From positions 1 through 18,455 of the forward strand of contig JBBQPO010000111.1 of the NCBI GenBank assembly GCA_038217285.1: a stretch of 18,455 bases of DNA, read 5' to 3'. Below are positions 1 through 7,597 of this stretch, piece by piece. How positions within the stretch are numbered: position 1 is the first letter of the stretch; the number at the start of each line of letters is the position of its first letter. The notes under the pieces were generated by a model, which searched no databases, had not been told where the DNA came from, and was given only the letters and a program-made list of their open reading frames with translations. Origin of the DNA: Chthonomonadales bacterium (lineage in GTDB: Bacteria > Armatimonadota > Chthonomonadetes > Chthonomonadales > Chthonomonadaceae). A program made the translations under genes and the position numbers.

Positions 1-476
1 TTGCCCTTGACGGTGCTCCGATCCGGCTGGCGCAAGAGTCGTCGTGCCTCCTCCGCCCCCACTCCCCGCGTGTCCCGATAGGCGACGACCCGCTCCGCGT
101 CCAGCGAGTCGGACGGATCTGCCTCGGTCGCCCCCACCCGACGCGCGAACCGTACCAGGCTCATCAACGCCGACATGCGCCGGTTTATCGTCGATTCCGA
201 CTTGCCTTCCGTCAGCAGTTTGGCTTTATAGCGCAGCAGAACCAGGACCATCTGCGGGGTATTGAGGCTCAGAAAATGGCGCACCCGTTCGGGTGTCGAG
301 GCCGCCTCGTAGACGCTGACGAAGAACGCCTCGATGTCGGTGCGATAGGCCCGCCGCGTGTTCTCGCTGCGCCGGTCGGCGAGAAGCATCGCCAGCACGT
401 CCGGCGGCAGCGACAGATTTGCGACCGCGATTCGGCTCTCTGCCACCTCCCCGATGATTATCGACTCGTCTTCCAC
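1..476 (-). CDS. Tyrosine recombinase/integrase (XerC/D-like), N-terminal part; continues beyond the left edge
   Basis: Not in the ORF track because there is no stop in the window. Manual translation from GTG at 476 (GAGGA/GGAG upstream) is open to base 1: VEDESIIIGEVAESRIAVANLSLPPDVLAMLLADRRSENTRRAYRTDIEAFF...KLLTEGKSESTINRRMSALMSLVRFARRVG...VVAYRDTRGVGAEEARRLLRQPDRSTVKG. 'RSENTRRAY..D...FF' and 'KSESTINRR.SAL.SL' are core-binding (SAM-like) domain hallmarks, and 'PDRST.KG' normally precedes the catalytic box I. Confidence 0.85.
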   Translation of the reverse strand, partial: MEDESIIIGEVAESRIAVANLSLPPDVLAMLLADRRSENTRRAYRTDIEAFFVSVYEAASTPERVRHFLSLNTPQMVLVLLRYKAKLLTEGKSESTINRRMSALMSLVRFARRVGATEADPSDSLDAERVVAYRDTRGVGAEEARRLLRQPDRSTVKG

Positions 477-502
477 AGGCTCCGGTCCTCTGCGCCTCGC
501 AC

Positions 503-2992
503 CTATTTCTTTTCGCCCTCATAGTAGACCCAGCGCGGGGCCATCTTCAACTGAAACGCTGTGAGCGCCAGGATTATGGCGAAGAGTATCCAGGCCAGGG
601 CGGAGGCGTACCCCATTTTGAAATACTGAAAGGCGTTCTTGAACAGGTATATCACCGGCATCAGCAGGCTGTCCACCGGCCCAATCGGTCGGCTGGGATC
701 ACCGCCGCCGAGCACGTAGACCCGGTCGAACTCCTGGATCGCGGCGATGGTTCCCATGATCAGGTTGAAGAAGATGTAGGGGGAGAGCATCGGCAGCGTG
801 ACATGGCGGAACTTCGCCCACCAGCCGGCCCCGTCCAGATTGGCCGCCTCGTAAAGATGCACAGGAATCCCCTGCAGTCCGGCGAGCCAGAGTATCATGC
901 CCGAGCCTGCGCCCCAGAGGCCCTGCATGATAAGACCTGGCTTGGCCCACTCCGCCGCTCCGAACCAGCCGGGCGCGGCCCACCCAAACCAGTGTCCGAC
1001 CGTCGTCTTCCAGGCTGCGTTCAGCAGGCCGCGATTGGGATCTCCGTTGAGCACCCAGGCCCAGAGAATCGCGCTCGCCACGACCGGCACAATGGAGGGC
1101 AGGTAGAAGAAGGTGCGATAAAAGCTCATCCCCTTCACTTTGGTGTTCAGCAGCATCGCGATGGCAAGGCTGGTCATAATGCCGAGCGGAATGCCGAAAA
1201 AAGCCGTGTAGGCGACGTTTGACAACGAGGTCCGGAGGTAGAAGCTGTCTTCGCCGAGCAGTTGGGTATAGTTGCGAATGCCGACCCAACTGGCAGGATG
1301 CAGTACGTCGTAATCGCAGAAACTGAGGAAAAGACTCGCGAGAATCGGGCCAACGGTGAAGACCAGGAACCCAAACACCCACGGGGCGATGAAGAAGTAA
1401 CCGGCAGCCGCTTCCGCCCGCGCCATGCGCCGCAGCCGCAGCACCGTGTATAGTCGAACCGCAAACAGGCCCAGGGCCACCGTCGCGAGTACCACGACGA
1501 TCGCGATCGGAACTCGAGTGTCCAGAGGGGTCGTCTGATCCTTCTTGAAGACCTTATCCAGCTCTCGCTGCACGATCCGCGTGCCTTCGTCGAGCGCCTG
1601 CTGAGAGGTCAGGTGGGTGCTGTTATGATGCGTGGCGTTTTCGAAGGCGCGAACATGCTCGTCCCACAACCGCTGCCCGACAAAGGTGACGGGCCGAAAC
1701 CGGGCGTGATCCATCATATCGACAAACAGATGGACCGAGTCCCGAAATTTCGGAGCTTCCGGAGAAAACTGCGCGAAGACGACGTCGTTGGCGCGCCGGT
1801 TGGCGGAGAGGCTGGGTACGAAGGGGCGCTGCTTGGTTATGTTGTAGGCTTTCTGGGCCGTCGCGTCGATGACCGCAGCCTCTGGGCTGGCCATCCATTT
1901 GATGAACTCCCAGGCTTCCGACGGATGCTTGGCTCCACGCGGTATCGCATACGAAAAGCCGCCGGCCCATGTGATGAAGGTGTCTTTCTCGCCTTCAAAT
2001 CTTCCCGTGTGGTGCAGGCGTTCGGTCGGCACCGGCGCGGGCGCGACGCCGAAATCCAGGTCTGGACCGAAGCGAGCGATGTTGTTCAGCACCCAACTGC
2101 CGTCGATCTTCATCGCCAGCTTGGTCGTCAGAAACGGGTCCAGCTCATTCGTCTCAAAGCCGGACTGATAGGCGTCCGTCTTGGTCACGCCGCCCAGCGC
2201 GTCGTACAGCCGGACCATATAGTCCAGCGCCTCGACATTGCGCGGCGCTCCCAGGGTACAGGTCCGTCCATCCGGAGACATGAACTCCCCATCGTTCTGC
2301 CAGGCATAGATATAGAGCCACGCGTTGCCGTAGTTGGGAATGAAGCCGATCTGCTTGAAGGTGTTGTCGGGATTGTTGATCGTCAGTCGTTTGGTGTCGG
2401 CCAGCAACTCGTCCCAGGTTTGGGGCGGCCTGGCTTCGCCTTTTTCATCGACGATGCCTGCGGCTTTGAAGAGGGTCTTGTTGTAGAAGAGGGCGCGGTC
2501 GTCGGTGCCGGAAGGAACGGCGAAAATGCCGTGGTGGCCCGAAATCGGATCGGTATAGTTCGCCTCTTTCCAGCAGGCGGGATAGTAGTCTTCGGCGCGC
2601 ACGCCGAACAGCTTGTCGCGGTCCCGGTCTATGTAGGTATCCAGGGGCAGGAAGGTGTCACGCGCCGCCCAGTCCCCGATGGTGAAGCGGTCCTGATGAA
2701 TGACGTCGGGCGGCACATTGCCGACGATGGCCGTCATCAGTTTTTGTGGGTTCATGCTGCCCGCGCCCATCGAGAGGACGCTGACGTGAATCTCCGGGTG
2801 CTGCTTCTCGAACGCGTGGACCCGCGCCTCCAGCCCTTTGTTCTCTTCGCCGTACTGCAGTCCCCAAACAATCAGCGTCACGCCGCTCTTGGACGTCGAT
2901 TCTCCGCGACATCCTCCCAGCAGAGAGAGCGCCATAAGTACAATGCACACTCTCCCAAGAGAACGGACCAGACGTCGAAATACAAGGGTCAT
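503..2992 (-). CDS. Carbohydrate ABC transporter (CUT1): extracellular solute-binding domain fused to a MalF/UgpA-type permease
   Basis: N-terminal signal with lipobox-like LLGGC; family-1 SBP motifs (VPPDV, ALFYNKTLFKAAG, PPQTWDEL, AWEFIKWM); C-terminal TM region with GYFFIAPW, FYRTFFYLPS, EAA loop LYEAANLDGAGWW and MGYASALAW. ATG 2992 preferred over GTG 3010 because the duplicate copy keeps the ATG but not the GTG, and GTG would leave almost no leader after the promoter. Confidence 0.93.
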   Translation of the reverse strand: MTLVFRRLVRSLGRVCIVLMALSLLGGCRGESTSKSGVTLIVWGLQYGEENKGLEARVHAFEKQHPEIHVSVLSMGAGSMNPQKLMTAIVGNVPPDVIHQDRFTIGDWAARDTFLPLDTYIDRDRDKLFGVRAEDYYPACWKEANYTDPISGHHGIFAVPSGTDDRALFYNKTLFKAAGIVDEKGEARPPQTWDELLADTKRLTINNPDNTFKQIGFIPNYGNAWLYIYAWQNDGEFMSPDGRTCTLGAPRNVEALDYMVRLYDALGGVTKTDAYQSGFETNELDPFLTTKLAMKIDGSWVLNNIARFGPDLDFGVAPAPVPTERLHHTGRFEGEKDTFITWAGGFSYAIPRGAKHPSEAWEFIKWMASPEAAVIDATAQKAYNITKQRPFVPSLSANRRANDVVFAQFSPEAPKFRDSVHLFVDMMDHARFRPVTFVGQRLWDEHVRAFENATHHNSTHLTSQQALDEGTRIVQRELDKVFKKDQTTPLDTRVPIAIVVVLATVALGLFAVRLYTVLRLRRMARAEAAAGYFFIAPWVFGFLVFTVGPILASLFLSFCDYDVLHPASWVGIRNYTQLLGEDSFYLRTSLSNVAYTAFFGIPLGIMTSLAIAMLLNTKVKGMSFYRTFFYLPSIVPVVASAILWAWVLNGDPNRGLLNAAWKTTVGHWFGWAAPGWFGAAEWAKPGLIMQGLWGAGSGMILWLAGLQGIPVHLYEAANLDGAGWWAKFRHVTLPMLSPYIFFNLIMGTIAAIQEFDRVYVLGGGDPSRPIGPVDSLLMPVIYLFKNAFQYFKMGYASALAWILFAIILALTAFQLKMAPRWVYYEGEKK

Positions 2993-3055
2993 CGAAAGGC
3001 TTCTTTCCACGGGCGATTTCTCTTAGTCTAGCAAGCGCAGGGCCGTTTGTCAAGC
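2494..3055. repeat. Direct repeat copy 1 (2494-2694 and 2958-3055), duplicated at 3952-4250
   Basis: Manual alignment: 2494-2694 vs 3952-4152 has 12 mismatches in 201 bp; 2958-3055 vs 4153-4250 has 6 mismatches in 98 bp. Confidence 0.95.
3025..3053 (-). promoter_or_regulatory. sigma70-type promoter of the ABC fusion gene
   Basis: Minus strand TTGACA (3053-3048), 17-bp spacer ending in TGc, then TAGACT (3030-3025): perfect -35 with an extended -10. Confidence 0.75.
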
Positions 3056-3246
3056 CGCCTAAGTCTTCCTGCCTGAAGGCGCACCCTGCGAAACTAGTGA
3101 CTAGGCCCGAAGTCAGCAATCGCTGCTCATTTGATGATCCCGGTTAGGGCGGCAATACCAAAGGGCCGGTGTTGATCTCATGCAAAGTAGATGCTTGACG
3201 GTTTTTGAGAACTAGGAATGGCGAAATGCGACGGTGCCAAAAGTCG

Positions 3247-3627
3247 CTATCGGACGAAGGGGGTGCTGATAACGAGACCAGGAACGGCAGCGTAATGCCG
3301 GGTATTGAATGTCAGTAGCTCTGCGCCGATCTCGATCGCTGTGGCAGCAATCAGGGCATCAAGCCCTCCCAGACCATGCGAGAGGCGCAGGGGCGCGAAT
3401 TCGTTGACGGCACGGGTCATGCCTTCGGCAGACGGCCATATCAGGGCGAAGGATACCAGAAACGCACGTACCGTCGTCAACGCAGCCTTATCCCGGCATC
3501 CCGCGATGAGTTCGATGGCTACGAAGCCGGGGATAGCAACTTCCTCCTTCTGCGTGGCGAGCCAAGCCTCCGCCGGAGGATGCTCCCGCAGTAAGTCTAC
3601 GCAGACATCGGAATCCATCAATCGCAC
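3247..3627 (-). CDS. vapC: PIN-domain VapC-family toxin (ribonuclease)
   Basis: (M)[12 protein letters not shown]...VAIELIAG...[10 protein letters not shown]...LLTFNTRHY carries the PIN D/E/D pattern; ~126 aa. It overlaps the upstream gene's stop. GTG 3627 or ATG 3618 (TGATG overlap) is preferred to the ORF-track start at 3801. Confidence 0.9.
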   Translation of the reverse strand: MRLMDSDVCVDLLREHPPAEAWLATQKEEVAIPGFVAIELIAGCRDKAALTTVRAFLVSFALIWPSAEGMTRAVNEFAPLRLSHGLGGLDALIAATAIEIGAELLTFNTRHYAAVPGLVISTPFVR

Positions 3628-3896
3628 GGCAGTTGACCTCGGGTTTCCGCCAGCGCCCGGAACTCCGCTGCTAACGTCTGACTGTCCTCCGAACGATCTT
3701 TCCACACGCCTAACGCGCCATTCGCTCTCAACTCCGTCAGTTTGCGCGCGCCCCAGGTCTCGGAAGACGCAGGGGTTCCCGCCGGCAGCGCATCCACCCA
3801 CGCGGTCAGCACGGCGGCAGGCTCTTTGCCTGCGCGCTCAGCCTCGGCGCGCAGTCGGGCTTCCTGAGCAGATGTCAACTCAATCGTCAGTGTCAT
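3618..3896 (-). CDS. Putative antitoxin (ribbon-helix-helix-like N-terminus), partner of VapC
   Basis: 92 aa [30 protein letters not shown]... is a beta-strand plus helix-helix pattern typical of RHH/CopG antitoxins. Strong RBS GAGGAGGT before ATG 3896; its stop overlaps the PIN gene start. Confidence 0.8.
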   Translation of the reverse strand: MTLTIELTSAQEARLRAEAERAGKEPAAVLTAWVDALPAGTPASSETWGARKLTELRANGALGVWKDRSEDSQTLAAEFRALAETRGQLPCD

Positions 3897-3951
3897 GGTT
3901 CGTACCTCCTCACGTTGCAGAGGCTTGCTCAAGAGAGCGCCTGTTCGGTCT

Positions 3952-4187
3952 CGCGGTCGTCGATCCCGGAGGAGATGGCGAAAATGCCGTGGTGGCCCGA
4001 AATCGGATCGGTATAGTTCGCCTCTTTCCAGCAGGTGGGATAGTAGTCTTCGGCGCGCACTCCGAACGGCTTGTCGTGGTCCCGGTTTATGTAGGTATCC
4101 AGGGGCAGGAAGGTGTCACGCGCCGCCCAGTCTCCGATGGTGAAGCGGTCCTAGAGAACGGACCAGACGTCGAAATACAAGGGTCAT
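3952..4187 (-). pseudogene. Degenerate duplicate of the 5' end of the SBP-permease gene, with a 263-bp internal deletion and frameshift
   Basis: 4153-4187 matches 2958-2992 and 3952-4152 matches 2494-2694. The missing segment 2695-2957 (263 bp, not a multiple of 3) shifts the frame, giving [23 protein letters not shown] (4187-4116). Homology ends abruptly at 3952. Confidence 0.9.
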
Positions 4188-4219
4188 CGAAAGGCTTCTT
4201 TCTAAAGGAGATTTCTCTT

Positions 4220-4248
4220 AGTCTAGCAAGCGCAGGGCAATTTGTCAA
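4220..4248 (-). promoter_or_regulatory. Duplicated sigma70-type promoter pointing into the pseudogene and vapBC
   Basis: TTGACA (4248-4243), 17-bp spacer ending in TGc, TAGACT (4225-4220); hexamers and spacing are identical to the copy at 3025-3053. Confidence 0.7.
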
Positions 4249-4354
4249 GCAGGAAAAGCCGCCGCTTTGTCGAAGAGTCCCCTGCGCAGCGTGGCGTCCG
4301 CCGGGAACGGTGCGCGACGAAGCCGACTCTACACGAACGAAGGAATCACCACCC

Positions 4355-6169
4355 ATGGCGAATGTTACCGGCATCACGACGCAGGCTCCGGTCAACCGAA
4401 TGCGGGGTTCGCTGCCAAAGATCGGAATCCGCCCCACCATCGACGGTCGATATGGGGGCGTACGCGAATCCCTCGAAGAGCAGGTGATGGCGATGGCGAA
4501 GTCCACCGCCGAATTTCTGTCTGCCAACCTCACGCATGCCTGCGGGCTTCCGGTGGAGTGCGTCATCGCCGACACCTGTATCGGCGGAGTCTCCGAATCG
4601 GCGAAGTGCGCGGAGAAGTTTGCGCGCGCTGGCGTCGGCGTCTCCCTCACAGTCACTCCTTGCTGGTGCTACGGCTCCGAGACGATGGACATGGACCCGC
4701 TCCTTCCGAAAGCGATCTGGGGGTTCAATGGGACCGAACGGCCGGGCGCAGTCTATCTGGCCGCCACACTCGCCGGGCATAGCGCCAAGGGTCTGCCCGC
4801 GTTCGGAATCTACGGCCACGATGTGCAGGATAGCGGTGACATGACCATTCCCGCCGACGTCCGAATGAAACTGCTGACATTCGCGCGGGCGGGCCTCTCG
4901 GCGGCGACCCTGCGCGGGACCTCCTACCTCGCGATGGGCGGAACCTCGATGGGCATCACCGGCTCCATCGTCGATCAGGAGTTCTTTCAGGACTTTCTCG
5001 GTATGCGCTCCGAAACCATCGACATGACCGAGTTCGTGCGCCGAATCGAGCGCGGCATCTTCGATCCAGCGGAGTTCGAGCGCGCCCATACGTGGGTCCG
5101 GGAGAACTGTCCGGAAGGCGAGGACGTCAATCCCCCGGAGAAGCAGCGCAGTCGGGAGCAGAGGGACGCCGAGTGGGCGACGAGTGTGAAGATGGCTCTG
5201 ATCGCTCGTGACCTGATGGTCGGCAATCCGAAACTGGCGGAGTTGGGCTTTCGCGAAGAGGCCGAAGGGCACAACGCCCTCGCGAGCGGTTTTCAGGGCC
5301 AGCGACAGTGGACCGATCACTTCCCGAACGGTGACTTCCTGGAGGCGATCCTGAACACCTCCTTCGACTGGAACGGGATTCGCCAGCCGTTTATCGTCGC
5401 CACCGAAAACGACGCGATGAACGGCGTCTCCATGCTCTTCGGCCACCTTCTGACCGGGACCGCGCAGCTCTTCGCGGACGTCCGCACCTACTGGAGTCCG
5501 GACGCCGTCGAGCGAGTCACCGGCCATACGCTGGACGGACTGGCCTCGAACGGGATCATCCATCTCATCAACTCCGGTCCTGCCGCCCTCGACTGGACCG
5601 GCCAACAGACGCGTAGTGGCGAGCCGGTTTTGAAACCTTTCTGGGACATCGACGCGGACGAGGTCGGGCGGACGCTCGACGCCACGAAGTGGTGCCCGTC
5701 CGTGACGGAGTACTTCCCCGGCGGCGGTCTCTCGACCGACTTCACGACCCGTGGCGGAATGCCGGTGACGATGTGCCGGATCAATCTGGTAAAAGGGTTG
5801 GGTCCGGTCTTGCAGATCGCGGAAGGGCATACTGTCGATCTGCCGGAAGAGGTTCATAACATCCTCGACGCCCGCACCAATCCTACCTGGCCGACCACCT
5901 GGTTCGTGCCGAACCTCACGGGCCACGGCGCGTTCCGGGACGTCTACTCCGTCATGAACAACTGGGGCGCAAATCACGGCGCGATCTCTTACGGACATAT
6001 CGGCCACGACCTTATCGCCCTGGCTGCGATCCTCCGGATTCCGGTCGATATGCACAATGTGGAGGCCGAACGAATCTTCCGTCCCGCCGTCTGGTCGCGG
6101 TTCGGATCCCTGGAGCCCCAGGCCGGCGACTACCGGGCCTGCCAGACATTCGGCCCTCTCTACCGCTAA
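4355..6169 (+). CDS. fucI: L-fucose isomerase (L-fucose/D-arabinose isomerase)
   Basis: 604 aa from ATG 4355 (AAGGA RBS). Motifs [69 protein letters not shown] and NWGANH. The 954-aa ORF call is over-extended upstream. Confidence 0.97.
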   Translation: MANVTGITTQAPVNRMRGSLPKIGIRPTIDGRYGGVRESLEEQVMAMAKSTAEFLSANLTHACGLPVECVIADTCIGGVSESAKCAEKFARAGVGVSLTVTPCWCYGSETMDMDPLLPKAIWGFNGTERPGAVYLAATLAGHSAKGLPAFGIYGHDVQDSGDMTIPADVRMKLLTFARAGLSAATLRGTSYLAMGGTSMGITGSIVDQEFFQDFLGMRSETIDMTEFVRRIERGIFDPAEFERAHTWVRENCPEGEDVNPPEKQRSREQRDAEWATSVKMALIARDLMVGNPKLAELGFREEAEGHNALASGFQGQRQWTDHFPNGDFLEAILNTSFDWNGIRQPFIVATENDAMNGVSMLFGHLLTGTAQLFADVRTYWSPDAVERVTGHTLDGLASNGIIHLINSGPAALDWTGQQTRSGEPVLKPFWDIDADEVGRTLDATKWCPSVTEYFPGGGLSTDFTTRGGMPVTMCRINLVKGLGPVLQIAEGHTVDLPEEVHNILDARTNPTWPTTWFVPNLTGHGAFRDVYSVMNNWGANHGAISYGHIGHDLIALAAILRIPVDMHNVEAERIFRPAVWSRFGSLEPQAGDYRACQTFGPLYR

Positions 6170-6191
6170 ATCAGAAATTCGAAGCAAATTC

Positions 6192-6209
6192 GTCCCGCTC
6201 TCGCGGGAC
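6192..6209. other. GC-rich intergenic hairpin between fucI and ridA
   Basis: GTCCCGC-TCTC-GCGGGAC: perfect 7-bp stem with no U-tract on +. Confidence 0.45.
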
Positions 6210-6228
6210 AATGAAGAAGGAAAAATCT

Positions 6229-6612
6229 ATGAACAAAACAGCCGTCAAATCCGGTGCAGCCGTCGCCGGTTCGCCGTACTCTCCCGGTATCATCACCGGC
6301 AATCTCGTCTTCGTCTCCGGCCAGGTTCCGATGAACCCGGAAACGAAGGAAGTTGTCCGCGACAACTTCGAGGCCGCCGTCGAGCAGTGCATCCTGAATG
6401 TCGAACGCATCCTGAAGGCCGCCGGGACCGACCTCGAACACTGCGTCAAAGTCCTGGTCTTTCTGCAGGACATGGACAACTTCGCCCGGCTCAACGCCGT
6501 CTACTCTCGCTACTTCGGCGACGTCAAACCGGCCCGAAGCTGCGTTCAGGTCGCCCGCCTACCACTCGACGTCGATGTCGAGATTGAAGCCATCGCGATT
6601 CTCCCCTCATAA
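6229..6612 (+). CDS. ridA: RidA/YjgF/UK114 family reactive enamine/imine deaminase
   Basis: PYSPG, LVFVSGQVP, VKVLVFL, FARLNAVY, PARSCVQV (catalytic Arg present), LP..VEIEAIA; 127 aa from ATG 6229 with GAAGGA RBS. Confidence 0.92.
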   Translation: MNKTAVKSGAAVAGSPYSPGIITGNLVFVSGQVPMNPETKEVVRDNFEAAVEQCILNVERILKAAGTDLEHCVKVLVFLQDMDNFARLNAVYSRYFGDVKPARSCVQVARLPLDVDVEIEAIAILPS

Positions 6613-6636
6613 CTCCTAAAGTGGCATAGCCAGAAC

Positions 6637-6717
6637 GAGGCGCTGGGCGAGACAGCGTTCGCGAACGCGTGGGCACAAAATAGGTTGACGATGGACGAGG
6701 CAGTCGTTTACGCGTTA
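6637..6717 (+). pseudogene. Orphan C-terminal fragment of an ATPase/TPR (AfsR/LuxR-associated 'predicted ATPase') protein
   Basis: Intergenic DNA translates as EALGETAFANAWAQNRLTMDEAVVYAL, resembling the recurring C-terminal motif 'ALGxxAFxxAWxxGRxMTLxxAVxYAL'. No start codon or RBS precedes it. Confidence 0.65.
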
Positions 6718-6732
6718 AGCGACTATCCCGTC

Positions 6733-7176
6733 TCACCAGAGAAAAAAATGAGGACCCGTTCTCTCGAGCACCAGTCGTATCAGCCATAGCACCACCATGA
6801 TAACGGCGATACTGCTGAGGGTCACCGTATGCATGAAGAGTGCACGAATTCGGGCCGTATAGGGCTTCGCGCGGGGGCAGAAGCGATCCGTGACAAATAG
6901 GAGAAGGCAGCAGAGGCAGACAGCAAAGAGTGGCAATCCGATCGGATGGTAACGGAAGGAGAGCAGAAACTGGCCGCGCCAGACGTCGGAGAGACTCCTC
7001 GTCATGCCACACCCTGGACAGGGTATCCCTGTCATCGCGCGTAAGAGACAGGCGGGACCGTGGGCGTGGGGACGAAGAGCCAGAAAAAAGGTGCCTGTCA
7101 GCACACACAGAGCCAGTAGTGGAGCTCCGTATGTGCCGACAGATGGTTTTGCGCGGGATGTAACGGAAGTAGACAT
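6733..7176 (-). CDS. DUF2752 domain membrane protein
   Basis: CLLRAMTGIPCPGCGMTRS...YHP signature plus about 3 hydrophobic helices. Confidence 0.88.
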   Translation of the reverse strand: MSTSVTSRAKPSVGTYGAPLLALCVLTGTFFLALRPHAHGPACLLRAMTGIPCPGCGMTRSLSDVWRGQFLLSFRYHPIGLPLFAVCLCCLLLFVTDRFCPRAKPYTARIRALFMHTVTLSSIAVIMVVLWLIRLVLERTGPHFFLW

Positions 7177-7194
7177 TGAAAACAGAAACCAGCC

Positions 7195-7488
7195 TTACGG
7201 GCTAAGCGGCGCTCCCGTTCCAATGCCGGAATGGGACAGCGTTGACAAGCCGCTGGCTCCAATGAGACCGCCACCGATTACCGCCGCTCCGAGCCATATA
7301 CCGACGATCAGCCATTTGTTCGAAGCCTGAAACTCTGCGACAGCGTAGTAGATGAGATACAGTCCACAGAAAAAGCCAAGTATGCCCTTCCATACTTCGT
7401 TCTTGAAAGCATCGATCAGAATGATGATCTGACAGACGAAAGCCGCGACTATGAACAGCCCCCCTAATATTCCCATGACTCCCATCAT
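7195..7488 (-). CDS. Small hypothetical membrane protein (about 3 TM)
   Basis: 97 aa from ATG 7488 with AGGAGG RBS; hydrophobic, with 'IDAFKNEVWKGIL..FC.LY..YY'; stop lies 18 bp before the DUF2752 gene. Confidence 0.8.
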   Translation of the reverse strand: MMGVMGILGGLFIVAAFVCQIIILIDAFKNEVWKGILGFFCGLYLIYYAVAEFQASNKWLIVGIWLGAAVIGGGLIGASGLSTLSHSGIGTGAPLSP

Positions 7489-7597
7489 TTTCCCTCCTGG
7501 ACAGCGTTGCCGGTTCATCCGACATAAAGATTGAGACGTACATTTTTAGCCCGCGCTACCACCTTCTATGCAGAAAATCCAAAATCCTCCCACACTT

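Noticed and set aside
1-476. Integron integrase (IntI) with vapBC as a gene cassette
   Set aside because: The N-terminus lacks the IntI-type 'HYS.RTE..Y..W' pattern, a 2.5-kb transporter gene intervenes, and no convincing attC array is present.
44-564. Short ORFs 44-265, 226-522, 276-524 and 358-564
   Set aside because: All overlap the recombinase reading frame (476 to <1, minus strand), which has clear family motifs.
1613-3031. Long antisense ORFs (also 4346-6211, 8577-10541, 10866-11798, 12770-13936, 15808-16764)
   Set aside because: These are shadow frames of well-supported genes with no recognisable motifs, as expected from GC-rich codon bias.
3628-3801. N-terminal extension of the PIN protein (184-aa call)
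   Set aside because: It overlaps the antitoxin in another frame; PIN domains begin just before the first Asp.
3056-3951. IS or MITE carrying the TA pair
   Set aside because: No terminal inverted repeats, short target-site duplication or transposase could be seen.
2494-4152. Diversity-generating retroelement (TR/VR pair) as the explanation for the repeat
   Set aside because: Mismatches are not adenine-specific (at best 6 of 12 are A in one copy on one strand) and are mostly transitions. The copy includes a promoter and a deletion, and no reverse transcriptase is in the window.
3305-4354. 350-codon N-terminal extension of FucI (954-aa ORF)
   Set aside because: It is antisense to vapC, the antitoxin and the pseudogene. 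FucI homology and an RBS begin at 4355, and stop-free antisense frames are common in GC-rich DNA.
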